Of a stretch of DNA of 64,000 nt, positions 35,831 to 45,752 are shown piece by piece. This DNA is from a virus: IMG/VR virus record IMGVR_UViG_3300011763_000009, positions 13,182-77,181 of that record; one strand, given 5' to 3'. The translations under genes were made by a program, and so were the position numbers. The notes beneath the pieces were generated by a model. That model did no database searches, was not told where the DNA came from, and saw only the letters and a program-made list of their open reading frames with translations. Within the stretch, counting starts at the first letter, position 1. Every line of letters begins with the position of its first letter.

Positions 35831-36574
35831 ATGACCACCCAAACATTTGATGAATGGCTGATTTCCCGACTTCGGGATGCCGGTGCTTATGGCGGCAGGA
35901 CGGACGGCGTCTATGGTCGCGAAGTCATCAAGGCGATCGAACGCTTTCAGGACGCTTATCATCTGCCTCTCACCGGCAGGGCGGATGCAGTGACTGTCGA
36001 TGCTCTGCGCAAGGTCAAGAGCAAGAACCCTGAAAGCAATCTCATCACCTACGCTAAGGTGCCGGTTCCGACCGAACCTGTCTGGATGCGAGAAGCGCGC
36101 CGATACATCGGCATCACGGAAATCCCAGGCCCAAAATCCAATCCCGTCATCATGTCGTGGGCAAAGGTGCTCGGCGGCTGGATCGCCTCCTGGTATCAGG
36201 ACGATGATACACCCTGGTGCGGCCTGTTTATCGGCAACGTGATTGCTGCCACGCTCCCCAGAGAACCCCTCCTCGCCAACCCGCTCGGCGCGCTGAACTG
36301 GAAAAAGTTCGGCACGGAAGGCCGCATCGCACGCGGCGCAATCCTTGTTTTCGAGCGGAGTGGTGGCGGGCATGTGGGCATTTATGTCGGTGAGGATCGG
36401 ACGCACTATCATGTTCTGGGCGGCAACCAGGACAATGCCGTGTCCATCGCCCGCGTCAAAAAAGATCGCCTTGTTGATGGTGGCGTGCGCTGGCCCAAGA
36501 CAGGCGAAGATCCGATCGGCGGCGCGGTACAGCTTACCGCATCCGGTGCGCCCGCCTCGAAAAGTGAGGCGTGA
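35831..36574 (+). CDS. Endolysin (PG-binding domain + TIGR02594 NlpC/P60-like)
   Basis: DGVYG..FQ..LPLTG; DDDTPWCG, GHVG, VLGGNQ. Confidence 0.9.
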   Translation: MTTQTFDEWLISRLRDAGAYGGRTDGVYGREVIKAIERFQDAYHLPLTGRADAVTVDALRKVKSKNPESNLITYAKVPVPTEPVWMREARRYIGITEIPGPKSNPVIMSWAKVLGGWIASWYQDDDTPWCGLFIGNVIAATLPREPLLANPLGALNWKKFGTEGRIARGAILVFERSGGGHVGIYVGEDRTHYHVLGGNQDNAVSIARVKKDRLVDGGVRWPKTGEDPIGGAVQLTASGAPASKSEA

Positions 36575-36580
36575 GCGCAC

Positions 36581-36874
36581 ATGAAGCCCTCATACAGCAC
36601 TACGAAAGCGCATTTGTTTGCATCATCCTTGCTCGCCTGGATGGTCATCTTGTCTCTAACTGCCGGCGCAATTTACGGATCAGAACAGGCCGTTTCGTTC
36701 GGCATGTTCGCGGTTCCGGCGATGGCCACGATGATCGCCGCGATGCTTGGCGTCCATCGCCACTATGGCAGTCGCGATTTTGAGGCCAGCGTTGGCTCCG
36801 ATCCGGTTCCGCCTTCGCCCCCACCCTACAATCCGCGCGACGTGCCGGCCGAGTTCCCGGAGGATTCCCAATGA
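36581..36874 (+). CDS. Putative holin
   Basis: Two TM helices; between endolysin and spanins. Confidence 0.65.
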   Translation: MKPSYSTTKAHLFASSLLAWMVILSLTAGAIYGSEQAVSFGMFAVPAMATMIAAMLGVHRHYGSRDFEASVGSDPVPPSPPPYNPRDVPAEFPEDSQ

Positions 36875-37236
36875 TCGGGGCGTGGCTTTCGAAGGCGGCC
36901 GCGCCTCTGATCATTGCGACAGCGTTTCTTGCCGCCGCTGCCTTTCTCGGGTGGCTCACCATCGCCACGGTCAACGGCATGGTGGAACGGGCGGTCAAAA
37001 CGACAGCCGCCGAACGCGATGCCAATTGGAAAAGCCAGATCGAGACCGCCAACACCAAGGCCGCCAATGCCGAGGCGGCACAGGTCCGTCTCGCCATGGA
37101 GCTTGAGCGGGACACAACCGTCCGGATCGCCGCACTGAACGTCAACAAAGAGAAACTGGAGAATGAGAATGCGGCTTTGCCGAATGGCGATGCTTGCGGC
37201 CTTGACCGCGCTCGCGTCCGCCTGCTCCCCCGCTGA
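36871..37236 (+). CDS. Inner-membrane spanin (Rz-like)
   Basis: N-terminal TM, coiled coil, C-terminal Cys. Confidence 0.75.
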   Translation: MIGAWLSKAAAPLIIATAFLAAAAFLGWLTIATVNGMVERAVKTTAAERDANWKSQIETANTKAANAEAAQVRLAMELERDTTVRIAALNVNKEKLENENAALPNGDACGLDRARVRLLPR

Positions 37237-37453
37237 TCCGAAGCCGCCGCAGATCGTCGTCCGTTTCGTAAAGCCGTCCGTGCCGCCCGCCTCGCGGGTT
37301 CCTTGCGTTGTTGGCGATCTGCCCGATCGCGATATGCCAGGGCGTGAAGTCACATCGCGCTGGGGTGCGGACCGAACCGAAATCCTGTCCTGCGATGCCC
37401 GCCGTGCGGCGGCCGTCGCGGCGATCGACAATGCGCCGGAGACCCCAAGATGA
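37163..37453 (+). CDS. Outer-membrane spanin (Rz1-like lipoprotein)
   Basis: Lipobox ASAC, Pro-rich, overlaps the i-spanin 3' end. Confidence 0.75.
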   Translation: MRMRLCRMAMLAALTALASACSPADPKPPQIVVRFVKPSVPPASRVPCVVGDLPDRDMPGREVTSRWGADRTEILSCDARRAAAVAAIDNAPETPR

Positions 37454-37668
37454 ATTTAGGTGGAAACGCCGCCTTTGATCTCGCTGCCGAGCGGGCCGAA
37501 CAGGAACGCGAAACAAAGATAGCGGCTGCGAGACAGGCTTTGAAAGGTCCCGGCACGATGGTTTGCGAGGATTGTCCAAACGACATTCCGCGTGAGCGCC
37601 GCATCGCCATGCCATCGGCGACACGTTGCATCGCCTGCCAAACCCGACATGAAAAGAGGCTGCGCTGA
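37450..37668 (+). CDS. TraR/DksA C4 zinc-finger protein
   Basis: CEDC..IPRERR..P.ATRCIACQ. Confidence 0.88.
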   Translation: MNLGGNAAFDLAAERAEQERETKIAAARQALKGPGTMVCEDCPNDIPRERRIAMPSATRCIACQTRHEKRLR

Positions 37669-38027
37669 TGCAAGCTACCGATATCGCCCTTTACCTCGGC
37701 CTAGCCCTCTCTGTCATTGCCATTTTCGGCCACATCAAGGTCTGGATGAACAGTGGCGAGAAGGAACTGACAAAAGACGTTGCCGCGCTCAAGCGCGATA
37801 CCGAGGCACACGAAACAAAGCTGATCGGTCTCGATCGACGCGTCCAGTCGGTCGAAAGCGACATGAAGCATCTGCCCGACCGCGAAAGCCAGCACCGTCT
37901 GGAGCTTGCTCTTGAGAAGGTCAACGGGCGTCTCGACACCCTCAATGAAACGCTGAAACCGATCAAGGCGAACGGCGAAGCGATGAACGAGCTCCTACTG
38001 GAAAGGGCTAAGCAGACCAATGTCTAA
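37668..38027 (+). CDS. DUF2730 (Mu gp25-like)
   Basis: N-terminal TM, coiled coil, HLP motif. Confidence 0.8.
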   Translation: MQATDIALYLGLALSVIAIFGHIKVWMNSGEKELTKDVAALKRDTEAHETKLIGLDRRVQSVESDMKHLPDRESQHRLELALEKVNGRLDTLNETLKPIKANGEAMNELLLERAKQTNV

Positions 38028-38334
38028 CATCGGTATTGACTGGGCACGCATACGCCGCGAGCGCGCCCGGCTGATCATTCTCAAAGCGCTGGCCGAACAG
38101 GAAAACGGATCGCTCGACAGCAGCATGATTGAAGAAATCATGCCGCTTTTCGCTATCCGGGAAACCAGATTGTGGATCCACGAGCAAATGGAATTTCTGG
38201 CCGAGCGGGACGCTGTGACGCTGGCGAAAGCCGGTAGCGTCATCATCGCCACGCTGAACAAGCGCGGACGCCGTCACCTTCAGCGCGACACGACAATCGA
38301 GGGCGTGACACGCCCATCCGAGCCAGGCGAATGA
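38020..38334 (+). CDS. Mu gp26-like wHTH protein
   Basis: RLIILKAL..GV.RPS. Confidence 0.8.
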   Translation: MSNIGIDWARIRRERARLIILKALAEQENGSLDSSMIEEIMPLFAIRETRLWIHEQMEFLAERDAVTLAKAGSVIIATLNKRGRRHLQRDTTIEGVTRPSEPGE

Positions 38335-38921
38335 GCATGAAGGGGCGCGGACGACTTTCCGGTATTGAATTGCTGCCCGAGGCTTGCGCAGATGCGGTTG
38401 CCTGGGCGGCCTCTGAACTCCAGAACAGGGAGCGGACGCAGACCGATATTTACGAGGAGTTTGTCGGCAAGCTGGAAATGCTCCACCGGGAGCATCGTGG
38501 CGAACTGGAATTTTCCATTCCGTCGTTTTCGGCGTTCAACCGCTATTCGATCCGTCTCGCGACTTTAACGCAGCGGCTCAACCAGACCAGAGAAATTGCA
38601 TCCACACTGGCCAGCAAGTTCGACGCGGCCGCTTCCGACGATCTCACCCTGATCGCTTCGGAAGCCATCAAGACGCTTGTCTTCGAACTGGTGACCAACG
38701 GTGGCGAAGCCGGTTTTGATCCGAAGGGCGCAAAGGCTCTTGCGGATGCCCTGTTTTCAGCGTCGCGCGCGCAAGGCGTCTCTACCAACCGCCGTCAGAA
38801 GGTCGAAGCGGAGTTCGCTGCCAAAGCTACCGAAGCCGTCAAGTCCGTTGCCAAGGCAAGAGGCATATCCGCCGAAAGTGCCGAGCAAATCCTTGACCAG
38901 ATTTTGGGTGTCTCGAAATGA
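38331..38921 (+). CDS. DUF3486 / Mu gp27-like small terminase
   Basis: RGRLSGIELLP, SFSAFNRY, GIS.E..I..ILG. Confidence 0.85.
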   Translation: MSMKGRGRLSGIELLPEACADAVAWAASELQNRERTQTDIYEEFVGKLEMLHREHRGELEFSIPSFSAFNRYSIRLATLTQRLNQTREIASTLASKFDAAASDDLTLIASEAIKTLVFELVTNGGEAGFDPKGAKALADALFSASRAQGVSTNRRQKVEAEFAAKATEAVKSVAKARGISAESAEQILDQILGVSK

Positions 38922-40555
38922 CCGGCCCGATTTCAAAGGAACAGTGGGCAGAGGCTCGCAGGCTCTCGACCGACGCCGTCCTGGACAAGATCGAAGCCCG
39001 CAAGGCGCTTTTATCATATCAGGCCAACACAATTGCGCAGTTGGAAAGCACCGCCTGCCGCGTCCTTTTTATCGAGAAATCCCGCCGTATCGGTCTGACA
39101 TGGGGTTTTGCCTCCTACGCCGTCCTGCGCGCTGCGCGTTCCCGCGAAGCTGGTGGCATGGACGTGATGTACATTTCCTATTCGCAGGAAATGACCCGCG
39201 AGTTTATCGACGCCTGCGCCATGTGGTCGCGTGCCTACAATCAGGCCGCGCTGGAAATGGAAGAATTTCTGTTCGACGACAGCGACAAGGAAGGCGAGCG
39301 TTCGATACAGGCATTCCGCATCAAGTTCGCATCGGGCTTTGAGGTCATCGGCCTGTCTTCAGCGCCGCGTTCGCTGCGCGGTAAACAGGGCGTCGTCATG
39401 ATCGACGAAGCGGCCTTCGTAGACAGCCTGAAAGAGCTTCTGAAAGCTGCCCTGGCATTCCTGATGTGGGGCGGCCAGGTCGTTGTTTGTTCGACGCATA
39501 ACGGCGTCGAGAATGAATTCAACGTCCAGATACAGGACATCCTTTCCGGCCGGTCTGCCTACAAGCATATGCGGATCGATTTCGATGAGGCTCTAAAGGC
39601 TGGTCTCTATGAGCGTATTTGCCTCGTCACGGGCAAGGAGTGGACGCCGGAAGCCGAGGCTGACTGGCGCGAAGACATCATCAAGTTTTATGGCGATGGT
39701 GCCGACGAAGAATTGTTCTGCATTCCAACCATGGGCAGCGGGACATGGCTCTCAGCGCCATTGATCGAGGCACGGATGACGTCAGACGCGCCAGTGCTTT
39801 CGCTCGAATTGCCTCTCGACTTTCTACAGCGCCCAAAACTGGATCAGGAAGCCCTGGTCGCTCCATTCATCGAACAGCTGGCGGCCGCCCTGTCAGTCCT
39901 CGATCCCGAACTGCTTTACGCGTTTGGTTTCGACTTTGCGCGCGTCGCTGACCTTTCGGTTGCGACCCTTCTTGCGCTTACCAAGAACCTCCGGCGCGAA
40001 ACCGCGCTAACGGTAGAGATGCGCGGCGTGCCGGGTGATGAGCAAAAGCAGATCGTAAAGATGATCCTTAAGGCCGTGCCACGGTTGATCGGCGCTGCCT
40101 TCGACGCGACCGGCATGGGCTGGACGGTGGCTGAAGATATGGGCCGCATATTCGGCCTGCGCGAGAACGATCAGGGCAGCGGTCTCGTGTGGGCCATCAA
40201 GTTCTCCCAGGATTGGTACCGTATCAATATGCCACCTGTTAAAGCGGCTTTCGAAGACAACGCCATTTCGATCTCAAAGAACGACAACCATCTTGCCGAC
40301 CTTCGCCTGGTGAAGGTTATCCGGGGCATCCCCATGGTGCCGCCAGTGCGCGTCGGAGAGACCGGCAAGAAGCGACACGGCGACTACACGATTGCACTGG
40401 CGTTGGCCTATTTCGCCAGTCGCATGCAGTGGCACGAGTACGGCTATGTCGCTGTCCCCAGAGCCTCCACCAAGTTCGACAGCCCAAACACCGACCGCGA
40501 TGACGGTGCGCCGACGCGACTATCTTCAATGCGTCGATCGAGAGGAATTTATTGA
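38918..40555 (+). CDS. terL: Mu gp28-like terminase large subunit
   Basis: EKSRRIGLTW, IDEAAF, STHNG, DATGMG, RHGD. Confidence 0.93.
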   Translation: MTGPISKEQWAEARRLSTDAVLDKIEARKALLSYQANTIAQLESTACRVLFIEKSRRIGLTWGFASYAVLRAARSREAGGMDVMYISYSQEMTREFIDACAMWSRAYNQAALEMEEFLFDDSDKEGERSIQAFRIKFASGFEVIGLSSAPRSLRGKQGVVMIDEAAFVDSLKELLKAALAFLMWGGQVVVCSTHNGVENEFNVQIQDILSGRSAYKHMRIDFDEALKAGLYERICLVTGKEWTPEAEADWREDIIKFYGDGADEELFCIPTMGSGTWLSAPLIEARMTSDAPVLSLELPLDFLQRPKLDQEALVAPFIEQLAAALSVLDPELLYAFGFDFARVADLSVATLLALTKNLRRETALTVEMRGVPGDEQKQIVKMILKAVPRLIGAAFDATGMGWTVAEDMGRIFGLRENDQGSGLVWAIKFSQDWYRINMPPVKAAFEDNAISISKNDNHLADLRLVKVIRGIPMVPPVRVGETGKKRHGDYTIALALAYFASRMQWHEYGYVAVPRASTKFDSPNTDRDDGAPTRLSSMRRSRGIY

Positions 40556-42138
40556 TGGCCAAGCTCATCGACCAGTGGGGCAACCCGATCACCTCCGCCG
40601 TCCTAAAGCAGGAACAGGCCGCCCCGACCATGATGGGTGTGCGCCGTCCGAACACGGAGCATCAAGCCAGCGGTCTGACGCCGGCGAAGCTCGGCCGCCT
40701 TTTGAGGACTTCCGTGAACGGCGAGCCGCAGGCCTATCTTGAGCTTGCCGAGGACATGGAGGAACGCGACCTGCACTATGCCGGCGTGCTTGCCGCCCGC
40801 AAGCTGCAGGTGGCCGGACTGGAAATAACCGTCGAAGCCGCAAGCGAAGATGCGAACGATGTCGAGAATGCCGACATGGTGCGCGCTTTCATCGAGCGTG
40901 ACGCTTTCGAAAGTGAGCTTATCGATATGCTCGATGCAATCGGTAAGGGTTTTTCCGCCACCGAAATCATCTGGGAAACCTCGTCGAGCCAGTGGAACCC
41001 GGTCGCGCTCAAATGGCGAGATCCGCGCTGGTTCCGATTCGACGAGCTCGACGGCGAAACGCTCCTGTTGCGGGACCTCGCCGGCGACGTGCCGCTGGCG
41101 CCGTTCAAGTGGATCGTTCACCAGGCGAAGGTGAAATCCGGCCTGCCGATCCGTGGCGGTATTGCCCGCGCCGTCTGCTGGACCTTTCTGTTCAAGTCTT
41201 TCACCATGAAAGACTGGGCCATCTTCTGTGAAGCTTATGGCCAGCCTCTGCGCCTGGGAAAATGGGGAGAAGGTGCGAGTGAAAAGGACAAGGAAGTCCT
41301 GCTGCAGGCGGTTGCCAATATCGGCGTTGATTATTCTGCGATCGTTCCGGCCTCGATGTCGGTTGAGTTCGTCAAAGCGGATATCTCCGGCTCGCATGAA
41401 CTGTACGAGAAGCGCGCAAACTTCCTCGACCAGCAGACATCGAAAGTCGTTCTCGGGCAGACCGGCACCACGGACGCGATTGCGGGCGGCTATGCCGTCG
41501 GCAAGGTCCATGACGGCGTGAAAGCCGACATCGAGCGTTCGGACGCCAAGCAACTGGCGGCAACGCTCAATCGTGATTTCGTGGTGGCTTACATCTCCCT
41601 CAACAAGGGACCGCAGAAAGCCTATCCAAAAATCCGGATCGGCCGGCCGCAGGAAGTCGATCTCGAAAAATACATGAAGAACGTCACCGCGTTCGTGAAC
41701 CTAGGCGGCAAGGTTGGCATGGCGAAGGTTCGTGACAAGCTCGGTATCGAAGACCCGGACAAAGACGAGGAACTGTTGCGCCCTGCCAATCGCGCCAGCA
41801 CTGACGAAACCGACCCGCCGACAAAGCCCGAGAAACTGCCGCCACCCAAACCGCAGATTTCCATGCACCGTGTCGCAGACATGGCGGCGGGCGATGCGAT
41901 CGACACCAGCATCGTGCAAATCCTGTCCGACGATGGCTGGGAGCCGATGGTCGCTCCTGTCGTCGAGGGGCTCGAGGTCCAGATTGCCAAGGCCAAGGAC
42001 CTGGACGAAATCCGCGCCATTCTTCAGGAGCGTCTCGTGTCCATGGACGTGAACGCCCTGACGGAAATCCTCGCCCGTGCCGCATTCTCGGCGCGACTGG
42101 CGGGGCTGGGCAACGAAACCCTGTCTGACGAGGCCTGA
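40555..42138 (+). CDS. Mu gp29-like portal (DUF935)
   Basis: EDMEERDLH, DAIGKGFS, EAYGQPLRLGK, SKVVLGQT. Confidence 0.93.
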   Translation: MAKLIDQWGNPITSAVLKQEQAAPTMMGVRRPNTEHQASGLTPAKLGRLLRTSVNGEPQAYLELAEDMEERDLHYAGVLAARKLQVAGLEITVEAASEDANDVENADMVRAFIERDAFESELIDMLDAIGKGFSATEIIWETSSSQWNPVALKWRDPRWFRFDELDGETLLLRDLAGDVPLAPFKWIVHQAKVKSGLPIRGGIARAVCWTFLFKSFTMKDWAIFCEAYGQPLRLGKWGEGASEKDKEVLLQAVANIGVDYSAIVPASMSVEFVKADISGSHELYEKRANFLDQQTSKVVLGQTGTTDAIAGGYAVGKVHDGVKADIERSDAKQLAATLNRDFVVAYISLNKGPQKAYPKIRIGRPQEVDLEKYMKNVTAFVNLGGKVGMAKVRDKLGIEDPDKDEELLRPANRASTDETDPPTKPEKLPPPKPQISMHRVADMAAGDAIDTSIVQILSDDGWEPMVAPVVEGLEVQIAKAKDLDEIRAILQERLVSMDVNALTEILARAAFSARLAGLGNETLSDEA

Positions 42139-42141
42139 CGC

Positions 42142-42942
42142 GTGGCAGCGATCCTTCAGCCCCTGCCGCCCCGCGAGGCCATCGCCGCATTTGCCGCCCG
42201 CACCGGTTCGCCGGCCGAGACATTTTCCTATATCGACATGTGGCAAGCCGAGCATGCCACCAGCTTCACCGTCGCAAAGTCTGCGGGTTTTGATATCTTG
42301 AACGACATTCTGGCGGCCATTGAGCGCCTCTTGAATGAAGGTCAGACCATCGAGCAGGCATCGCGGCAGTTGCGGCCAATCCTCGAAGCGAAGGGTTGGT
42401 GGGGCAAAAAATTCATCGCTGATCCCGTGACCGGCGAGACCGTGCCGGCCCAGCTCGGCAGCGCACGCCGGCTGCGCACCATCTTCGACACCAACATGCG
42501 TGTGTCCTATGCGGCCGGCCACTGGACGAGCTTCGAGCAGAATCGCCGCAGCCGCCCGTTCCTTCGCTATGTCACGATGCGCGACGATCATGTCCGTCCG
42601 GAACATGCGCGCCGGCACAATCTCGTTTTGCCGATCGATCATCCCTATTGGAACGAATGGGCACCGCCTTGCGGCTGGGGATGCCGCTGCACGTTGCAGA
42701 GCCTTTCACAGCGTGACATCGACCGGTTGCTGGCCCAAGGCGAAAAGCTGATCTTCGAGCCACCGGAAAACACCTGGCGCAATTTCGTCAACAAGCGCAC
42801 CGGCGAAGTGACCCGCGTTCCCGATGGCATCGATCCAGGCTGGGGTTATAATCCGGGCAAGGCAGGGTATGAAGCGAGGGTTGCGCAATTGCTGGCGCAA
42901 AAGATGGCAAACGGGTTAGGATCGCCTCAACCGCCGCCGTAG
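42142..42942 (+). CDS. Mu gpF (gp30) head morphogenesis protein
   Basis: RRLRTIFDTN, PPCGWGCRC, DPGWGYNPG. Confidence 0.9.
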   Translation: MAAILQPLPPREAIAAFAARTGSPAETFSYIDMWQAEHATSFTVAKSAGFDILNDILAAIERLLNEGQTIEQASRQLRPILEAKGWWGKKFIADPVTGETVPAQLGSARRLRTIFDTNMRVSYAAGHWTSFEQNRRSRPFLRYVTMRDDHVRPEHARRHNLVLPIDHPYWNEWAPPCGWGCRCTLQSLSQRDIDRLLAQGEKLIFEPPENTWRNFVNKRTGEVTRVPDGIDPGWGYNPGKAGYEARVAQLLAQKMANGLGSPQPPP

Positions 42943-43126
42943 TTTCGAAAGGAACACAAGCTCGCAGAGAGCGTTTGCAGGGATCGAACCGCGCCATCCA
43001 TCATCCGGACGGCAAAAACGCTTCTACGGGCTTTTAATCGGCCTCAACTTTGGTGCCTACGTCCCTTGCCCGGTTCGATCTGTCGCCTTATTCATGATCC
43101 GTTCGGTTCCGGCGCAAAGCTCCAAA

Positions 43127-43145
43127 CCGTGGTGCAGTTTTGCAC
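43127..43145 (+). promoter_or_regulatory. Putative late-activator site upstream of the protease gene
   Basis: CCGTGGTGCAGTTTTGCAC. Confidence 0.7.
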
Positions 43146-43182
43146 GTGAGCGAAGAGAGCCGCTCCGCTTCTAGATAGGAGC

Positions 43183-44337
43183 ATGAAAAACGCTCTCGCA
43201 ACCCTTCTTTCTTCCTCGTTTCTGACGGCGCATTCTGCCGAGCTGGTGGCGACTGCCACGGACGATGTCTGGCTGAAGCTCATTCCGGCCGGGACATTTT
43301 CCGGCCGCGATGGTCGCGGCCCGTATCATGCCGGTGATCTCGTATCCCTTCAGCGCATCGCCGACACGACGAAGCGCTATGCCGGCTCGACGGATATTCT
43401 GGTCGATTACGAACACCAGAGCCGCAACAGCCAGGAGAACGGCAAGCCCGCTCCTGCTGCCGGCTGGATCAAGGAAGTTGAGGCGCGTCCGGACGGGCTT
43501 TATGGCCGCGTCGAGTGGACCGCTACCGCCGCCAACGCCATCAAGGCGAAAGAGTACCGTTACATTTCCCCGGTCTATTTCCACACCAAGGCAGGCGAAG
43601 TCCTCGCCCTTCAGACCGTGGCGCTGACCAATGTCCCTAATCTCGACCTGTTCGAGATCTCGGCGCACTCCATTTTTTCCGCAGCCCAAACCACAGAGGT
43701 TTCCATGAAACGTTTGCTCGCTGCTCTCGGTCTTGCCGAGGGCGGCAGCGAAGACGATGTGCTTGTCGCCATCAATTCGCTGCTGACCAGCTCGACGGCG
43801 ATCGCCGTTGCTGCCGGTCTTACAAAGGACGCCAAGTCCGAGGCGATCGCCACGGCGGTCCACACCGCTTTCGCCGACCGCAAGAAGATCGCAATCGCGG
43901 CCGGGAAAAAGGAAGACGCCAGCGTTGACGACATCGTCAGCGTTCTGTCGTCGGCCCACACTGCCACCACGCCCGATCCGACGAAATTCGTTCCGATCGA
44001 GCAGGTCAGCGCCATGCAGGTCGACCTCAAGGCCCTGAAGGACAAGGACGCCAACAAGGATGCAGAGGCTGCCGTTGCCGACGCTGTCCGCGAAGGCAAG
44101 CTTGCGCCGGCGCTGAAGGATTGGGCCCTGTCGATGCATAAGGCCGATCCGAAGAAGTTCGAGGAGTTCGTGGGTAAAGCCCCGGTGCTCACCTCGGCGC
44201 AGCGCGCCCAGGTCACCGCTCCGAAGTCGGGTCCCGCCGCTACGCTCGATGACGCGGATGTCGCGATCATGCGGCAACTGGGCTTGACGCCCGAGGACAT
44301 GGTGAAGTCCAGGGAAGCCATGGAGGCAAGCCGTTGA
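43183..44337 (+). CDS. Mu gpI prohead protease/scaffold
   Basis: DYEHQ, APAAGWI, EYRYISPV, ALTNVPNL. Confidence 0.92.
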   Translation: MKNALATLLSSSFLTAHSAELVATATDDVWLKLIPAGTFSGRDGRGPYHAGDLVSLQRIADTTKRYAGSTDILVDYEHQSRNSQENGKPAPAAGWIKEVEARPDGLYGRVEWTATAANAIKAKEYRYISPVYFHTKAGEVLALQTVALTNVPNLDLFEISAHSIFSAAQTTEVSMKRLLAALGLAEGGSEDDVLVAINSLLTSSTAIAVAAGLTKDAKSEAIATAVHTAFADRKKIAIAAGKKEDASVDDIVSVLSSAHTATTPDPTKFVPIEQVSAMQVDLKALKDKDANKDAEAAVADAVREGKLAPALKDWALSMHKADPKKFEEFVGKAPVLTSAQRAQVTAPKSGPAATLDDADVAIMRQLGLTPEDMVKSREAMEASR

Positions 44338-44744
44338 CCGCTCTTTCCGCAGACCGCAACACCCCGCGTCGTGAACGCACCACGCGTCACGTTCCCGTCG
44401 CCGCCGGCGTCAAGCTTTATGCCGGCGCCATGGTCGCGATCAGCGCGACCGGTTTCCTCGTGCCGGTCACGGCCGCCACGACCCTGAAGGCCGCCGCCCG
44501 AAACGCAAAGTTCGTCGATAACACGAGCGGCGGCAACGGCGCTGTGCTCGCCGAACAGGAACTCGGCACGTATCGCTGGGACAATTCGGCCGCAGCAGAC
44601 CTCATCACCCGCGCCGATATCGGCAGCGATGCCTACGGCGTCGATGACCAGACCGTCGCGAAAACCAACGGCGGCGGCACCCGCTCGATCGTCGGCAGGA
44701 TCGCCGATGTCGATGACCAGGGCGTCTGGATCACTCACACCTGA
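44334..44744 (+). CDS. Head decoration/cement-like protein
   Basis: ALSADRNTP..VDDQTV..GVW; between protease and capsid. Confidence 0.75.
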   Translation: MTALSADRNTPRRERTTRHVPVAAGVKLYAGAMVAISATGFLVPVTAATTLKAAARNAKFVDNTSGGNGAVLAEQELGTYRWDNSAAADLITRADIGSDAYGVDDQTVAKTNGGGTRSIVGRIADVDDQGVWITHT

Positions 44745-44757
44745 AAAAGGCAAGTCA

Positions 44758-45654
44758 ATGGAACTCAATAGTGCTGTTCTTCGCTCTGCTGGTATTGGCT
44801 TTAATGCCTCATTCCAGCAGGGCCTCGGGTCCGCAACGTCGCTCTATAAGCGCGTTGCCACGATCGTGAACTCGACCACCGCGTCGAATGAATATGGCTG
44901 GCTGGGCAAGGCTCCCCGCTTCCGTGAATGGATCGGTGACCGCGTCATCAACGCCATGTCGAAAAGCGGTTACACGCTGAAGAACCGTTCCTTCGAAACC
45001 ACCATTGGTGTCGATCGCACCGATTTCGAAGACGACAATCTTGGCATTTACGCCCCGCTCTTCCAGGAGTTGGGAAATTCGGCCTCAACCTTCCCCGACG
45101 AACTCGTCTTCGCCCTGCTCAAGGTCGCGTTCACGTCACTTTGCTATGACGGTCAGTACTTCTTCGATACCGATCACCCCGTCCTCGACGAAAACGGCAA
45201 GCTCATCAACGTCGCCAACACCGATGGTGGCAACGGCACGCCGTGGTTCCTGCTCGATGTCTCGCGTCCTCTGAAGCCGCTGATCTACCAGAACCGCAAA
45301 CCGTTCACCAACCTCGTCCGCAAGGACAAGGAAGACGACGACAATGTCTTCTTCCGTAAGGAACTCATCTATGGCGTGGACGGCCGATGCGAAGTTGGCT
45401 TCGGGTTCTGGCAGCAGGCATGGGGCTCCAAACAGACGCTCGATGTCGCCCACTACGAAGCGGCGCGTGCAGCGCTGACGGGCATGAAGGGTGATTTTGG
45501 TCGCCCGCTCGGCATTATGCCATCCCTCCTGGTCGTACCGCCCACCCTCGAAGGCGCTGCCAAACGCATCGTCCAGAGCGTTCTGGTCAACGGCGGTGAA
45601 TCGAACCCTTGGGCGAATACCGCCGAAGTCATGGTTGTTCCCTGGCTGGCCTGA
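44758..45654 (+). CDS. Mu gpT-like major capsid protein
   Basis: YGWLG..REWIGDR, EDDNLGIY, CYDGQYFFDTDHP, KPLIYQ. Confidence 0.93.
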   Translation: MELNSAVLRSAGIGFNASFQQGLGSATSLYKRVATIVNSTTASNEYGWLGKAPRFREWIGDRVINAMSKSGYTLKNRSFETTIGVDRTDFEDDNLGIYAPLFQELGNSASTFPDELVFALLKVAFTSLCYDGQYFFDTDHPVLDENGKLINVANTDGGNGTPWFLLDVSRPLKPLIYQNRKPFTNLVRKDKEDDDNVFFRKELIYGVDGRCEVGFGFWQQAWGSKQTLDVAHYEAARAALTGMKGDFGRPLGIMPSLLVVPPTLEGAAKRIVQSVLVNGGESNPWANTAEVMVVPWLA

Positions 45655-45674
45655 TCTGCCTCGGCCGCCCAACT

Positions 45675-45702
45675 CCCTCCCGTTCATTCGGGAGGGCTTT
45701 TT
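45675..45702 (+). terminator. Intrinsic terminator after the capsid gene
   Basis: CCCTCCCG-ttcatt-CGGGAGGG-CTTTTT. Confidence 0.7.
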
Positions 45703-45752
45703 GAAAACCGCTCCCCAGCCGCTTTCGCAAAGCCCTCGAAAGGATAGCTCTT

